Of a stretch of DNA of 30,267 nt, positions 29,158 to 30,267 are shown piece after piece. Under the pieces are notes generated by a model. The model was given only the letters and a program-made list of their open reading frames with translations. It was not told the origin of the DNA and searched no databases. The DNA comes from Clostridia bacterium (GTDB lineage Bacteria; Bacillota; Clostridia; Saccharofermentanales; Saccharofermentanaceae), in assembly GCA_017881645.1 (NCBI GenBank), contig JADGQQ010000069.1, positions 1-30,267 of the forward strand, read 5' to 3'. How positions within the stretch are numbered: the first letter of the stretch is position 1; each line of letters starts with the position of its first letter. Both the position numbers and the translations under genes were made by a program.

Positions 29158-29804
29158 CCATTAAAGACATTCAGAAGAGCGAAGAAGTGAAAGTTCTTCT
29201 GCAGGCGTCTTCACTGCAGATGAGTTCACTGGGTTATACGGAACATTCTTTTCGACATTGCCGGCTGGTCTCCAATAAATGCGGAGAGATATTGGAGGCG
29301 ATCGGTGAGGATGAGCACACCATTGAGCTCGGCAAGATTGCCGGATATATTCATGATATCGGGAATGCCGTCAACCGCACCAATCACGCCATGTCAGGGG
29401 CTCTTCTTGCCTATGACATGCTGCTCCGGAAAGGAATGAACTATAACGACGCTGCAATCGTCATGATGGCTATCGCCAATCACGATGAGGGTGAAGGTTC
29501 GCCGGTCAGCAAAATGGCTGCCGCGCTGATTTTATCCGATAAAGCTGACGTGCACAGAAGCCGCGTGACGAACCGTGCACTCGAGACGTTTGACATTCAT
29601 GACCGTGTCAATTACGCGGCAACAACTTCAATCCTTATTGTCGAAGACAATAAAGCCAAGCTTGATATTGAAATTGATACGAAGATCTGCCCAGTAATGG
29701 ATTATTTCGAAATTTTCCTGAACCGCATGAAAATGTGCAGAAAAGCGGCTACATTTCTTGGACTCACTTTTGAACTGTTTATCAATCAGACGCAGCTTTT
29801 GTAA
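29142..29804 (+). CDS. HD-domain phosphohydrolase
   Basis: GYTEHSFRH, YIHDIGN, NHD, SDKAD metal-binding pattern; overlaps the upstream gene by 16 nt. Confidence 0.85.
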   Translation: MATELTIKDIQKSEEVKVLLQASSLQMSSLGYTEHSFRHCRLVSNKCGEILEAIGEDEHTIELGKIAGYIHDIGNAVNRTNHAMSGALLAYDMLLRKGMNYNDAAIVMMAIANHDEGEGSPVSKMAAALILSDKADVHRSRVTNRALETFDIHDRVNYAATTSILIVEDNKAKLDIEIDTKICPVMDYFEIFLNRMKMCRKAATFLGLTFELFINQTQLL

Positions 29805-29853
29805 TCGTGCCGAGGCACAGATTTTCAAAATAAAGTGAAACAGGTGGATATAC

Positions 29854-30267
29854 GTGGCAGGTCATTCAGGGGGTATTCCTGAAAATATAATAGAGGAAAT
29901 CATAGCCCGCAACGATATTGCATCGGTTGTCGGGCAATTTGTGCGCTTTTCGAAAACATCCGGGCAGAATCTGTTCGGCCTGTGCCCTTTTCATTCGGAA
30001 GATACGCCGTCTTTCTCCGTATCGACCTCCAAACAGATCTATTACTGTTTTGGCTGTCACAAAGGCGGGAATGTGATTCATTTCATGATGGAAATAGAAA
30101 AGTGCGGATATCTCGATGCGGTGAAGATGCTGGCCGAGAAGGCACAGATTCAGATTCCGGAGCCGGAAGATGAATCTTATCGCAGGGAATCGCAGCTCCG
30201 CGATCGTGTCAGGGAAGCACTTGTGGAAGCCGCACGTTATTTCTATCAGAATCTCCAGTCGCCCCGC
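29854..30267 (+). CDS. dnaG: DNA primase, 5' part (runs off window end); missing from the ORF track
   Basis: GTG 29854 with AGGTGG RBS; hand translation MAGHSGGIPENIIEEIIARNDIASVVGQFV..GLCPFHSEDTPSFSV..YYCFGCHKGGNVIHF = CHC2 zinc-binding domain; open to 30267. Confidence 0.93.
   Translation, partial: MAGHSGGIPENIIEEIIARNDIASVVGQFVRFSKTSGQNLFGLCPFHSEDTPSFSVSTSKQIYYCFGCHKGGNVIHFMMEIEKCGYLDAVKMLAEKAQIQIPEPEDESYRRESQLRDRVREALVEAARYFYQNLQSPR

Overview
A 30.3 kb chromosomal segment, mostly housekeeping genes, from a Bacillota/Clostridia bacterium. The gene orders comM-dprA-topA-trmFO and queA-tgt-yajC-SCIFF and the sigmaA-type promoters with GGAGG RBSs point to this group; finer taxonomy is inference only. 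In order: tRNA-Pro(CGG); an AT-richer two-gene segment (DUF4332-like HhH protein, rhomboid/Der1-like membrane protein); thyA-folA; a stand-alone HPr-like gene; a probable operon of an unknown 272-aa protein, a 1490-aa fused CoA-substrate activase/2-hydroxyacyl-CoA dehydratase-like Fe-S protein, RidA, polA, coaE and a small membrane protein; ychF (minus); comM-dprA-topA-trmFO; DUF624/YesL; dapA-dapB (minus); queA-tgt-yajC-scfA-scfB; gamma-carbonic-anhydrase-like, HD protein and the 5' part of dnaG. Two real genes are missing from the ORF track: the 47-aa SCIFF/ranthipeptide precursor (26840-26983) and dnaG (29854 to window end). No CRISPR array, integrase, transposase, prophage gene or rRNA was seen. 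The most unusual signals are (1) a seven-cysteine SCIFF precursor whose leader contains a near-copy of its own core motif, (2) the unknown protein translationally coupled to the fused activase and RidA, (3) a possible anti-RBS switch upstream of comM-dprA, and (4) apparent CCGG enrichment with CTAG depletion. No database searches were run; family names come from motif recognition.
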